Source: Candidatus Eiseniibacteriota bacterium
GTDB lineage: Bacteria; Eisenbacteria; RBG-16-71-46
Direction: 5' to 3'
DNA length: 64,000 nt
Assembly: GCA_031364845.1 (NCBI GenBank)
Contig: JANLWX010000028.1
Span: 1 to 64,000 of the forward strand
In this document: in pieces, positions 55,786 to 64,000 of the stretch
Layout: each line of letters opens with the position of its first letter
Position numbering within the stretch: position 1 is the stretch's first letter
Position numbers and translations under genes: made by a program
Notes under the pieces: generated by a model
The model's input: the letters and a program-made list of their open reading frames with translations, nothing else
What the model was told of the DNA's origin: nothing
Databases searched by the model: none

Positions 55786-56415
55786 ATGGCGATCATCAAG
55801 TCCGGAGCGACTACCGACCAACTCACGGTTGACCCTACCAGCAAGGCGGCCCGCGTCACGCTGTATGACCCAGCGGGACGGTCACTGGCGGCGGAATCCA
55901 AGGCAACCTACTTCGCCGCCGGCACGTTCACGCCGCCGGCGACCCCTACGGATATGGTGACGATCTTCGGTAGCGCAACGCGGACGGTGCGTGTTGTGGC
56001 GTTCATCATCACCACCACGAACACCGCAGCCGGATCTCAACAGTTTTCATTAATCAAGCGCACGACTGCGAATTCTGGCGGCACGCTTGTCGCGGCGACT
56101 GCCGTGACCGCGGATGTTGCCGATAGCGCTGCGACAGCCACCGTGGGTCACTACACTGCCAACCCCTCCGGGCTGGGCGCTGCGGCTGGAACCATCAATA
56201 TCAGGCGCGCCGCCTCGCCTGCAGCGGTGCCGGCGAGTTTCGCGGGCGTCGTGCGGGATGCGGGTGTGGACATGCTTGACGTTGGAGCCAATACGTCGCT
56301 CAACAAGATCGCAGTGTTGAACGGCACGGGACAGGGATTGTGCCTCAACTTCGGAGGCGCGGCATTAGTTGCAGGGCAGACGCATGCGTACCAAGTCGTT
56401 TGGACTGAGGAATAG
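55786..56415 (+). CDS. Hypothetical Ala/Thr-rich beta protein, phage-structural-like
   Basis: AGGAG RBS; MAIIKSGATTDQLTVDPTSKAARVTLYD...WTEE. Confidence 0.7.
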   Translation: MAIIKSGATTDQLTVDPTSKAARVTLYDPAGRSLAAESKATYFAAGTFTPPATPTDMVTIFGSATRTVRVVAFIITTTNTAAGSQQFSLIKRTTANSGGTLVAATAVTADVADSAATATVGHYTANPSGLGAAAGTINIRRAASPAAVPASFAGVVRDAGVDMLDVGANTSLNKIAVLNGTGQGLCLNFGGAALVAGQTHAYQVVWTEE

Positions 56416-56445
56416 AGCAGACGATTGCTTGTCCGGACCAAAACA

Positions 56446-56531
56446 CAAGGCGCGCATGAGCGCCCCGGAGACGAGATCGGAGCCAGAGGCCAGCGCTGAA
56501 CTTCTCGCCATCGGCGCGAAGCGGTGTGCGA
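56446..56531 (+). repeat. Right direct repeat of island
   Basis: Degenerate copy of 51537-51623 with a 1-nt deletion. Confidence 0.9.
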
Positions 56532-56629
56532 CGCGCGAGCGCAGGGAAACGGCCACACGGACCCTCACCCTGCGCTCCTTGCATGCGGCGGACCGGCTAT
56601 CGTCAACGACCCCGCGCCCGCCCCGCCCG

Positions 56630-56659
56630 TTGACCGCGCCCCGCCAAAACTCCTACCGT
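56630..56659 (+). promoter_or_regulatory. Candidate promoter TTGACC-N18-TACCGT for the polysaccharide genes
   Basis: Ends about 45 nt upstream of the ATG at 56704. Confidence 0.5.
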
Positions 56660-56703
56660 AGCGCTTCGTGTTCCACCCCACGCGTCCCTTCGAGGAATTC
56701 CCC

Positions 56704-57657
56704 ATGCGCCGAGTTCTCGTGACCGGAGTCACCGGTTTTGCCGGCAGCCATCTGGTCGATTACATGCTCACGCGCGGCGACTGCGAGATCTATGGGACGC
56801 AGCGGTGGCGCAGCCGCACGGAGAACATCGAACACGTGCGCGACAAGATCTCGCTGATCGAGTGCGACCTGCGCGATGCCTCGTCCACGCGCGACATGCT
56901 CGAAAAGGTGCGGCCGGATTTCATCTTTCACCTGGCGGCGCAGTCGTTCGTGCCGACGTCGTGGAATGCGCCGAGCGAATCGCTGACCACCAACGTGATC
57001 GGTCAGGTGAACATCTTCGAGGCGGTGCGCCGCATCGGCCTGCCGTGCCGCATCCAGCTTGCGTGCTCGAGCGAAGAATACGGGATGGTGTTTCCGGACG
57101 AGACGCCGATCAAGGAAACCAATCCCCTGCGGCCTTTGTCGCCGTACGCGGTCAGCAAGGTCGCGCAGGACATGCTCGGCTACCAGTACTGGATGTCGTG
57201 GAAGCTCGACAGCGTGCGCACGCGCGGCTTCAATCATGAAGGCCCGCGGCGCGGGCCGGTGTTCGTGGCGTCGGACTTCGCGAAGCAGATCGCCGACATC
57301 GAGAAGGGCCTGCGCCCGCCGGTGGTCCACGTCGGCAATCTCGATGCGCTGCGCGACTTCACCGATGTGCGTGACATGGTGCGCGGCTACTGGCTGGCGC
57401 TCGAGAAGTGCGAGCCGGGCGAGGTCTACAACATCTGCAGCGGCAAGGCGTGGAAGATCGGCGACATGCTCGAGCATTTGCTGGGGTTGTCGAAGGTGAA
57501 GATCGAAGTACGCCAGGATCCCGCGCGCCTGCGCCCGAGCGACGTGCCGATTCTGCTCGGCGACTACTCCAAGTTCGCGAAAGCGACGGGCTGGGCGCCG
57601 ACGATTCCGTTCGAGCAGACGCTCGCCGACATGCTGGAGTACTGGCGGAATCGATAG
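56704..57657 (+). CDS. GDP-mannose 4,6-dehydratase / GDP-4-keto-6-deoxymannose reductase family SDR
   Basis: VLVTGVTGFAGSHL, FHLAAQSFV, SSEEYG, PLSPYAVSK, FNHEGPRR, GNLDALRDFTDVRD. Confidence 0.9.
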   Translation: MRRVLVTGVTGFAGSHLVDYMLTRGDCEIYGTQRWRSRTENIEHVRDKISLIECDLRDASSTRDMLEKVRPDFIFHLAAQSFVPTSWNAPSESLTTNVIGQVNIFEAVRRIGLPCRIQLACSSEEYGMVFPDETPIKETNPLRPLSPYAVSKVAQDMLGYQYWMSWKLDSVRTRGFNHEGPRRGPVFVASDFAKQIADIEKGLRPPVVHVGNLDALRDFTDVRDMVRGYWLALEKCEPGEVYNICSGKAWKIGDMLEHLLGLSKVKIEVRQDPARLRPSDVPILLGDYSKFAKATGWAPTIPFEQTLADMLEYWRNR

Positions 57658-57658
57658 G

Positions 57659-58621
57659 ATGAGCATGTTCGAACTCCGGGGCGCCGCGGTCCTCGTCACC
57701 GGTGCCGGCGGCTTCGCCGGTCCTCATGCGGTGCGCGCGCTCGCCGAGCGTGGCGCGCGGATCTTCGGCACCGGCGGGCCCGAGCCGCGCGGGGTTTCGC
57801 TCGCGGGCTGGTTCGACTCCGATCTGCGCGATCCCGAAAGCCTGATGACTGCGGTCGCCTCCGCGAAACCGGACGCTGTGCTGCATCTCGCCGGGCAGAG
57901 CAGTGCCGCGCGCTCGTTCGAACATCCGACCGAGACGTTTCACGTCAACGCACTCGGAAGCTGGTTTGTGCTCGAAGCGTTGCGCGTCCATGCGCCGCGC
58001 GCACGGGTACTGATGGTGACGAGCGGCGAGATCTACGGTCCGCACGCCGAGGGCACGCGGATCGCCGAAGACGGCGCGGTCCGCCCGGTGAGTCCTTACG
58101 GATTGTCGAAGGCGGCTGCCGACGCGTTCGGAGCGATCGCGGCGGAGCGCGGGCAGGACGTCGTGCGCGCGCGATCGTTCGGTCACACAGGGCCAGGTCA
58201 GGAAGCGCGCTTCGTGATCCCCTCGATGGCGAGTCAGATCGCCGAGATCGAAACCGGATCACGCGCCCCGCGGCTTGCGGTCGGGAATCTCGAAGTCACG
58301 CGCGACATCTCGGACGTCCGCGACGTGGCGCGCGCGTACGTCGCGTTGATCGAGCGTGGGATCGCGGGGAAGGCCTACAATGTGTGCACGGGCGTCGGCG
58401 TGCGGCTGACCGACGTGGTGGCGCGGCTTGCGGCCCTCGCGCGGATCCCGGTCATGGTCGAGGTCGATCCGGCGCGCCTGCGGCCCGCCGACGTGCCGTA
58501 CCTGGTCGGCGACCCTTCGGCGATCGCCCTCGACACGGGGTGGGCCTGCGAAATCCCTCTCGAACAGACGCTCGCCGATGTGCTGGCGGAGTCGCGTTCG
58601 CGCGCGGCTCCCAGCGCCTGA
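57659..58621 (+). CDS. Paralogous GDP-sugar dehydratase/reductase (Rmd-like) SDR
   Basis: VLVTGAGGFAG, LHLAGQSS, SGEIYG, PVSPYGLSK, GNLEVTRDISDVRD. Confidence 0.85.
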   Translation: MSMFELRGAAVLVTGAGGFAGPHAVRALAERGARIFGTGGPEPRGVSLAGWFDSDLRDPESLMTAVASAKPDAVLHLAGQSSAARSFEHPTETFHVNALGSWFVLEALRVHAPRARVLMVTSGEIYGPHAEGTRIAEDGAVRPVSPYGLSKAAADAFGAIAAERGQDVVRARSFGHTGPGQEARFVIPSMASQIAEIETGSRAPRLAVGNLEVTRDISDVRDVARAYVALIERGIAGKAYNVCTGVGVRLTDVVARLAALARIPVMVEVDPARLRPADVPYLVGDPSAIALDTGWACEIPLEQTLADVLAESRSRAAPSA

Positions 58622-58765
58622 ACGGGTACCGGCGCCCACCGCGGCGCGAGCCGGTGCGATTGCCGTTCGGCCTCCCGAAGTCACAATGGGCCGGGGCGAA
58701 TTTCCCACTCGTGCCCGGCAACGGATCGGTCGATCACCCCCTTGGGCTGGGCTCGGCTCAGGGGA

Positions 58766-58795
58766 TTGACCGCCTCACGGTCAAGCCTCTACTCT
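58766..58795 (+). promoter_or_regulatory. Candidate promoter TTGACC-N18-TACTCT overlapped by inverted repeat TTGACCG-N5-CGGTCAA
   Basis: Inverted repeat at 58766-58784. Confidence 0.45.
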
Positions 58796-58876
58796 GACTC
58801 GCCCGTTTTCCCGCATCAAACTCGATCCACCTCGCGCGGCTGGCGTCTCGCCCCGCGTCCGCGAAAGGGCACTCTT

Positions 58877-60256
58877 CTGTACTCGATCACTGTAGTAGGG
58901 ACCGGCTACGTCGGCCTCGTGACCGGCGCTTGCCTCGCCGATTTCGGCAATCATGTGATCTGTGTCGACGCCGATGCCGCCAAGATCGAACGCCTCCGCA
59001 ACCTCGAACTTCCGTTCTTCGAGCCCGGGCTGCCCGAGCTGGTCGAGCGCAATGTCGTGGAAGGACGTCTCAGCTTCAGCAGCGACCTGAAGAGCGCGCT
59101 CAAGGGATCCAAGGTCGTCTTCATCACCGTCGGCACGCCGCCGCGGGCCGATGGGTCGGCGGACACCAGCGCGATCTACGCGGTCGCGAAGACCGTGGCT
59201 CAGAACCTCGACGGCTACAAGCTCGTGGTGCAGAAGAGCACCGCTCCCGTAGGAACCGCGCGCAGCCTGTACGGCTGGATGCGCAAGTACGCCAAGCGCG
59301 GCGCCGAGTTCGATGTCGCTTCGAATCCGGAATTCCTGCGCGAAGGCTCGGCGATCGAGACGTTCATGCGTCCCGACCGCGTCGTGATCGGCGCCGAATC
59401 GAAGAAGGCCGAAGAAGTCCTGCGCAAGATCCACGATCCGCTGTTCCTGATCGAGACGCCGATGGTGGTGACCACGCTCGAGACGGCGGAGCTGATCAAG
59501 TACTCGTCCAACTGCTTCCTCGCGACCAAGATCTCGTTCATCAACGAGATCGCGAACCTGTGCGAAGCACTCGGCGCCGACGTGCAGATGGTGGCGAAGG
59601 GTCTCGGCATGGACCGCCGCATCGGCTCCAAGTTCCTGCACGCGGGCCCCGGCTACGGCGGCTCATGCTTCCCGAAGGACACGCACGCGCTGTCGGCGTT
59701 CGCGCGCGATGCGGGCGTGAAGTCGGGCATCGTGGATGCCGTGATCCAGGCGAACGAGCACCAGATGAAGCTCATGGTCGACAAGATCTGCGCTTCGATC
59801 GGTGCACCGCGCGGCAAGACGGTCGGAGTGCTGGGGCTCGCGTTCAAGCCCAACACCGACGACCTGCGCGAAGCGCCGGCACTCGAGATCATCGCGGGCT
59901 TGAAGCGCCGCGGGGTCAAGGTGCGCGCGTTCGATCCGGTTTCGATGCCGGGCGCAAAGAAGCTTCCGGGCATGCGCGGCGTGGAATTCGCCGAAGATGC
60001 CTATCAGTGCGCGAAGGGCGCGAGCGCCGTTGCCATCATCACCGAGTGGAACGAGTTCCGGAACATGGATCTCTCGCGTCTCAAGCGCGTGATGAAGAAG
60101 CCGGTGCTGTGCGATCTGCGCAATCTCTACGATCCCAAGGAAGTCGAAGCGGCGGGCTGGACCCATGTCGGTGTCGGCCGCGGGCGCGCGGATGCGAAGA
60201 AGACCCGCGCCAGGCGCCGTCCTGCCGTGCGTCGCGCCGCGCGCAAGGCGTCCTGA
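58877..60256 (+). CDS. ugd: UDP-glucose 6-dehydrogenase; probable CTG start
   Basis: ITVVGTGYVGL, FEPGL, KSTAPVGT, SNPEFLREG, AELIKY, GYGGSCFPKD, GLAFKPNTDDLREAP. Confidence 0.93.
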   Translation: MYSITVVGTGYVGLVTGACLADFGNHVICVDADAAKIERLRNLELPFFEPGLPELVERNVVEGRLSFSSDLKSALKGSKVVFITVGTPPRADGSADTSAIYAVAKTVAQNLDGYKLVVQKSTAPVGTARSLYGWMRKYAKRGAEFDVASNPEFLREGSAIETFMRPDRVVIGAESKKAEEVLRKIHDPLFLIETPMVVTTLETAELIKYSSNCFLATKISFINEIANLCEALGADVQMVAKGLGMDRRIGSKFLHAGPGYGGSCFPKDTHALSAFARDAGVKSGIVDAVIQANEHQMKLMVDKICASIGAPRGKTVGVLGLAFKPNTDDLREAPALEIIAGLKRRGVKVRAFDPVSMPGAKKLPGMRGVEFAEDAYQCAKGASAVAIITEWNEFRNMDLSRLKRVMKKPVLCDLRNLYDPKEVEAAGWTHVGVGRGRADAKKTRARRRPAVRRAARKAS

Positions 60257-60711
60257 TGATCGAGGGCGTTCGCATCAAGCGGCTCAAGGTGATCCCCGAT
60301 GAACGGGGATTGCTCATGGAAATGCTGCGCGACGACGACGACATCTACCAGCGGTTCGGGCAGGTGTACCTGTCGGTCGTGAACCCCGGCGTGGTCAAGG
60401 GCTGGCACTTTCACAAGCGCCAGACCGATCACTTCGTGTTCGTAAAGGGCATGGCGAAGGTCGTGCTCGTGGACACGCGTGATTCGAGCCCGACCAAGGG
60501 CGAGGTCAACGAGTACTTCATGGGCGAGCACAATCCCATCCTGCTCGTGATCCCGCCGTTCGTGCTCCACGGGATGAAGGGCATCGGAACCGAGCCCGCG
60601 TATCTCGTCAACACGCCGACCGAGCACTACAACTACGACGAGCCCGACGAGTTCCGCGTTCCGGCCCATGATCCGAGCGTTCCGTACGACTGGAGCCGGA
60701 AAGATGGCTGA
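60256..60711 (+). CDS. dTDP-4-dehydrorhamnose 3,5-epimerase family cupin
   Basis: DERGLLMEMLR, FGQVYLS, VKGWHFH, IPPFVLHG. Confidence 0.88.
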   Translation: MIEGVRIKRLKVIPDERGLLMEMLRDDDDIYQRFGQVYLSVVNPGVVKGWHFHKRQTDHFVFVKGMAKVVLVDTRDSSPTKGEVNEYFMGEHNPILLVIPPFVLHGMKGIGTEPAYLVNTPTEHYNYDEPDEFRVPAHDPSVPYDWSRKDG

Positions 60712-61756
60712 GCCGGCGTCGCTCGACGGCAGCCGTGTGCTCGTGACCGGTGGGGCGGGGTTCATCGGCTCGAACTTCGTCCACCAGTTCCTCAAGCAGC
60801 AGCCCAAGAGCCACATCGTGGTGCTCGACGCGCTGACCTATGCCGGCCGACGCGAGAACCTCGACGGCATCCCGGAGCGGTCGCTGACGTTCGTCCATGG
60901 CGACATCCGCGATCCAAAGGCGGTCGCTCAGGCGATGGCCGGCTGCGACTACGTGCTCAACTTCGCCGCAGAGTCGCATGTCGACCGCTCGATCGAGACT
61001 CCGGGCGACTTCATACAGACCGACGTCTACGGCGTGTTCGTACTGGCCGAGGAGGCGCGCCGCCAAAAGATAAGCCGTTTCGTCCAGGTCTCGACCGACG
61101 AGGTGTACGGCGAAGTGCTCGAAGGGCATTCGACCGAGGACTGGGCGCTCCATCCGCGCAGCCCCTACGCCGCGAGCAAGGCGGGTGGCGACCGGCTGGC
61201 ATTCGCCTACTGGGCGACGTACGGATTGCCGGTGGTCGTGACGCGCTGCTCCAACAACTACGGCCCGCGCCAGTATCCGGAAAAGCTGGTGCCGCTGTTC
61301 ATCACCAACGCGATCGACGACGAGCCGCTTCCCGTGTATGGTAACGGGCTGAATACTCGCGATTGGCTCCATGTGGATGACCATTGCGCGGCGATCGCCA
61401 CGTTGCTGAAGCACCCGGGCATCGAGGGCGAGACGTTCAACATCGGCGCTCAGCATGAGTTGGACGTGCTCACGATCACCGGAACCATCCTCGAACTGCT
61501 CGGCAAACCTCCCACGCTGATTCGCTACGTCGAAGACCGGCCCGGTCATGACCGGCGTTATGCGGTCGACTCCTCGAAGCTGACCCGCGCCACGGGTTGG
61601 AAGCCGGCGATCGACTTTGCCTCCGGCATCCGGCAGACCGTGGAGTGGTTCCAGCGCAATGAAGCGTGGTGGCGGCCGATCAAAGAAGGCGACTTCCGCC
61701 AGTACTACGAGCGGATGTACGGCCAGCGCAAGGTGCTCAAAGAGGTGAAGGCATGA
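60704..61756 (+). CDS. rfbB: dTDP-glucose 4,6-dehydratase
   Basis: VTGGAGFIGSNF, DALTYAG, FAAESHVDRSI, STDEVYG, SPYAASK, DRPGHDRRY. Confidence 0.95.
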   Translation: MAEPASLDGSRVLVTGGAGFIGSNFVHQFLKQQPKSHIVVLDALTYAGRRENLDGIPERSLTFVHGDIRDPKAVAQAMAGCDYVLNFAAESHVDRSIETPGDFIQTDVYGVFVLAEEARRQKISRFVQVSTDEVYGEVLEGHSTEDWALHPRSPYAASKAGGDRLAFAYWATYGLPVVVTRCSNNYGPRQYPEKLVPLFITNAIDDEPLPVYGNGLNTRDWLHVDDHCAAIATLLKHPGIEGETFNIGAQHELDVLTITGTILELLGKPPTLIRYVEDRPGHDRRYAVDSSKLTRATGWKPAIDFASGIRQTVEWFQRNEAWWRPIKEGDFRQYYERMYGQRKVLKEVKA

Positions 61757-63381
61757 CATTCCGGTGGTACGGGTTGTTGGTGGTCGCGTTGCTGACTCTG
61801 GGATTCGTCCCCGCAGTGCAGGCGCAGGAAGAAGAAGTGCCGGTCGAGACTATGAAAGCCCCCACTTCCGACACCCCGTCCTCCAAGGAATCCGACGCCG
61901 CTCGCACGCGTGATCAGCTGAGGCGAGCGGTCGCATCGAACCCGCAGCTCGAATTGCCGGGTGCCGTCGATCCCGAACAGTACCGGGTCGGACCGGGAGA
62001 TATCCTCCAGGTGAGCGTGTGGGGTGGGCTTTCGCGCAACATGACGATCGAGGTCGGCCCCGAAGGCACCGTCCAGCTGCCGACCGCGGGCACGATGAAG
62101 ATCGACGGCATGCTGCTGAAGCAGGTCCGTTCCGAGATCATCGCCCGCCTGCGTTCCGAGTTTCGTGGTCTGAGCATCGATGTGCGGCTGCTGCGTCCGC
62201 GCCGCTTCGTCGCCTATGTCACGGGACAGGTCGAAGCGCCCGGCTCGGTTCCGGCGAGTGGCGCGAGCCGCGTCGCGGACATCGTTCTGCTGACCGAACC
62301 GCTCAAGAATGCATCGCTGCGAAACATCGAGGTGATCCACCGCGACGGAACCCGCGAAGTCGCCGACCTCGAGTTGTTCCTGCGTACGGCGAGTCAGAGT
62401 CTCAATCCATGGGTGCGTGATGGCGATGTGCTCAACGTAGGGTCGGCTTCCAAATGGGTGCACGTCCAGGGCGCGGTTTCGCGGCCGGGCCGCTACGAAC
62501 TCGGACCGAACGACAGCCTTCGCACGCTGCTCCAGCTCGGTGGCGGCACCGTGCCCGCCGCGGACCTGTCCCGTGCTCTGCTGGTTCGGTGGCTCGACAG
62601 CGTGAGATCCGAATCGACATGGGTCAACGTGGAGGAAGTGCGTGCCGGATCGTTCAACCCACGGCTGAGCAATGGCGACCGTTTCTACGTCTACTTCATC
62701 CCGCAGTACGAGGTACTGAACGAAGCCACCGTGTTGGGTGAAGTGATGCGCCCAGGCATTTATCCGATTCAGGAAGGCCGCGACCGGATCACCGACGTCG
62801 TTCGCGCCGCGGGCGGCTTCCTGCCCGGCGCCGACCTTGCTTCGATCCGCGTGCGCCGCGAGAATCGGCGCGTGCAGGAGGACTCCGAGCTCGAGCGGCT
62901 GCTGCGGTTGTCGCGCCGCGATCTGACCAACTCCGAGTACGAAGTGCTCCAGACCAAGCTCGCCGGCCGACGAACCGAATACCGTATCGACTGGGCGCGC
63001 GTTCAGAGAGAGCCGGACCTCGATCTGCTGCTGCTCGGCGGCGACATCATTCAGGTCGACCGGGTGATCAACTCGATTCGCGTCGACGGCCAGGTCCGCC
63101 GCCCGGGCATTCTGGCGTACCGGCCCGGTCTCGGTCTCGAGGACTACGTGAAAGCGTCCGGGGGCTTCTCCGAACGGGCGTGGCGGAACAAGATCCGCGT
63201 GACCCGCTCGGTGACGGGCCAGACGTTCCTCGCCAAGGACGTGTCGCAACTCGATCCGGGCGATCTCATATGGGTTCCCGAGAAGGCCGACGTGACGTTC
63301 TGGGATCAGACCCGCACCGTGCTCACCGCCGCCGCCCAGGTGGCGACTGTGATCCTGGCCTTCAACTCGGTGAACCGTTGA
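61753..63381 (+). CDS. Polysaccharide export protein with SLBB repeats (Wza/KpsD-like)
   Basis: Signal peptide; YRVGPGDILQVSVWG; repeated V.G.V.RPG.Y SLBB units. Confidence 0.9.
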   Translation: MTFRWYGLLVVALLTLGFVPAVQAQEEEVPVETMKAPTSDTPSSKESDAARTRDQLRRAVASNPQLELPGAVDPEQYRVGPGDILQVSVWGGLSRNMTIEVGPEGTVQLPTAGTMKIDGMLLKQVRSEIIARLRSEFRGLSIDVRLLRPRRFVAYVTGQVEAPGSVPASGASRVADIVLLTEPLKNASLRNIEVIHRDGTREVADLELFLRTASQSLNPWVRDGDVLNVGSASKWVHVQGAVSRPGRYELGPNDSLRTLLQLGGGTVPAADLSRALLVRWLDSVRSESTWVNVEEVRAGSFNPRLSNGDRFYVYFIPQYEVLNEATVLGEVMRPGIYPIQEGRDRITDVVRAAGGFLPGADLASIRVRRENRRVQEDSELERLLRLSRRDLTNSEYEVLQTKLAGRRTEYRIDWARVQREPDLDLLLLGGDIIQVDRVINSIRVDGQVRRPGILAYRPGLGLEDYVKASGGFSERAWRNKIRVTRSVTGQTFLAKDVSQLDPGDLIWVPEKADVTFWDQTRTVLTAAAQVATVILAFNSVNR

Positions 63382-64000
63382 TGACATCCGCCCCCGAAAC
63401 ACCCCGCCGCGAGTTCGATATTGCTGAGTTCGTCGGCCGGCTGTGGGCCGAGCGTGTGCGCATGATCGCCGCCATGCTGATCGCAGGCCTGGTCACGCTC
63501 GCGATCGCGTTCATGCTTCCGAAGTGGTATCGCGCGACCGCCGTCATCCTGCCGCCCGATGACGCGGATCTGTTCTCCAATCTGAGCATGGCGACCAAGG
63601 CGCTCACCAAGTTCCCGGCGTTCGGCGCGCTCGGCGATTACTTCACGCCCGCGGACATCTTCAAGGCGACGCTCAAGAGCCGGTCCCTTCAGGAAGCCGT
63701 CGTCGACAAGTACAACCTGCAAAAGGTGTACAAGCTCAAGAGTCGCGAGAAGACGCTCAAGGAACTCAAGCGCAACTACGAGATCAAGCTGTCCCCGGAC
63801 GGAACCATCTCGGTGGCGGTCGACGACCGCGATCCCAAGCGCGCCGCGGAAATGGCGAATTACTTCCTGACGACGCTCGATCATTTCAACATCGAAACGC
63901 GCAACACGCGGGCCCGGCGCACGCGCCAGTTTCTCGAGCAGCGCGTCCACGAGACCGACTCGCTGCTGCGCCTGAGCGAGGTCTCACTCCGGAAGTATCA
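63381..64000 (+). CDS. Wzz/Wzc(GumC)-type polysaccharide co-polymerase, 3'-truncated by window edge
   Basis: My translation: TM then LPKWYRATAVILPP, LKSRSL, DRDPKRAAEMAN, RQFLEQRV; absent from the ORF track because no stop is reached. Confidence 0.88.
   Translation, partial: MTSAPETPRREFDIAEFVGRLWAERVRMIAAMLIAGLVTLAIAFMLPKWYRATAVILPPDDADLFSNLSMATKALTKFPAFGALGDYFTPADIFKATLKSRSLQEAVVDKYNLQKVYKLKSREKTLKELKRNYEIKLSPDGTISVAVDDRDPKRAAEMANYFLTTLDHFNIETRNTRARRTRQFLEQRVHETDSLLRLSEVSLRKY

Larger units (their letters stand above)
51537..56531. mobile_element. ~5-kb integrase-less genomic island / prophage-like remnant
   Basis: Flanking degenerate direct repeats, visibly lower GC and more A/T-ending codons, tailspike-like cargo. 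Confidence 0.7.

Noticed and set aside
51624..56445. Intact prophage or tailocin
   Set aside because: No integrase, capsid, terminase, sheath, tube or lysis genes; only tail-like cargo
51537..56531. Direct-repeat pair as a diversity-generating retroelement TR/VR
   Set aside because: Mismatches are not adenine-specific in either copy, there is an indel, and no reverse transcriptase is in the window

Overview
High-GC bacterial DNA from a diderm with FCB-like envelope genes. Candidatus Eisenbacteria or a relative is my inference from T9SS-type C-terminal domains, a PorV-family gene and a TWGxxKxxYR C-terminal motif. Left to right: (1) the 3' part of glyS; (2) a ~27 kb LacI-controlled locus (1.5-28.9 kb) that looks dedicated to beta-1,2-glucan, with two palindromic operators, four secreted proteins ending in T9SS/FlgD-like CTDs, a TonB-dependent receptor + ~1100-aa CTD protein + PorV trio with no SusD, two GH144-like glucanases, a stand-alone Cgs-type GH94 phosphorylase, a sugar ABC transporter, an uncharacterised CBM/discoidin + (alpha/alpha)6 enzyme and a GH1; (3) a Ser/Thr kinase-TPR gene and a secreted TPR gene; (4) a pyrimidine cluster (pyrR, pyrB, pyrC, pyrK, pyrD, pyrF) with a PyrR-type RNA site over the pyrB RBS, interrupted by a TPR lipoprotein and an HNH gene; (5) a barrel/lipoprotein pair, ECF sigma/anti-sigma, an OPT transporter and a six-hairpin protein; (6) a ~5 kb integrase-less island bounded by ~87-bp degenerate direct repeats, with a G12 tract in a candidate promoter and tailspike-like beta-helix genes; (7) the start of a surface-polysaccharide locus. 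I saw no rRNA, tRNA, CRISPR array, transposase or integrase. All product calls come from motif recognition by eye, not database searches.
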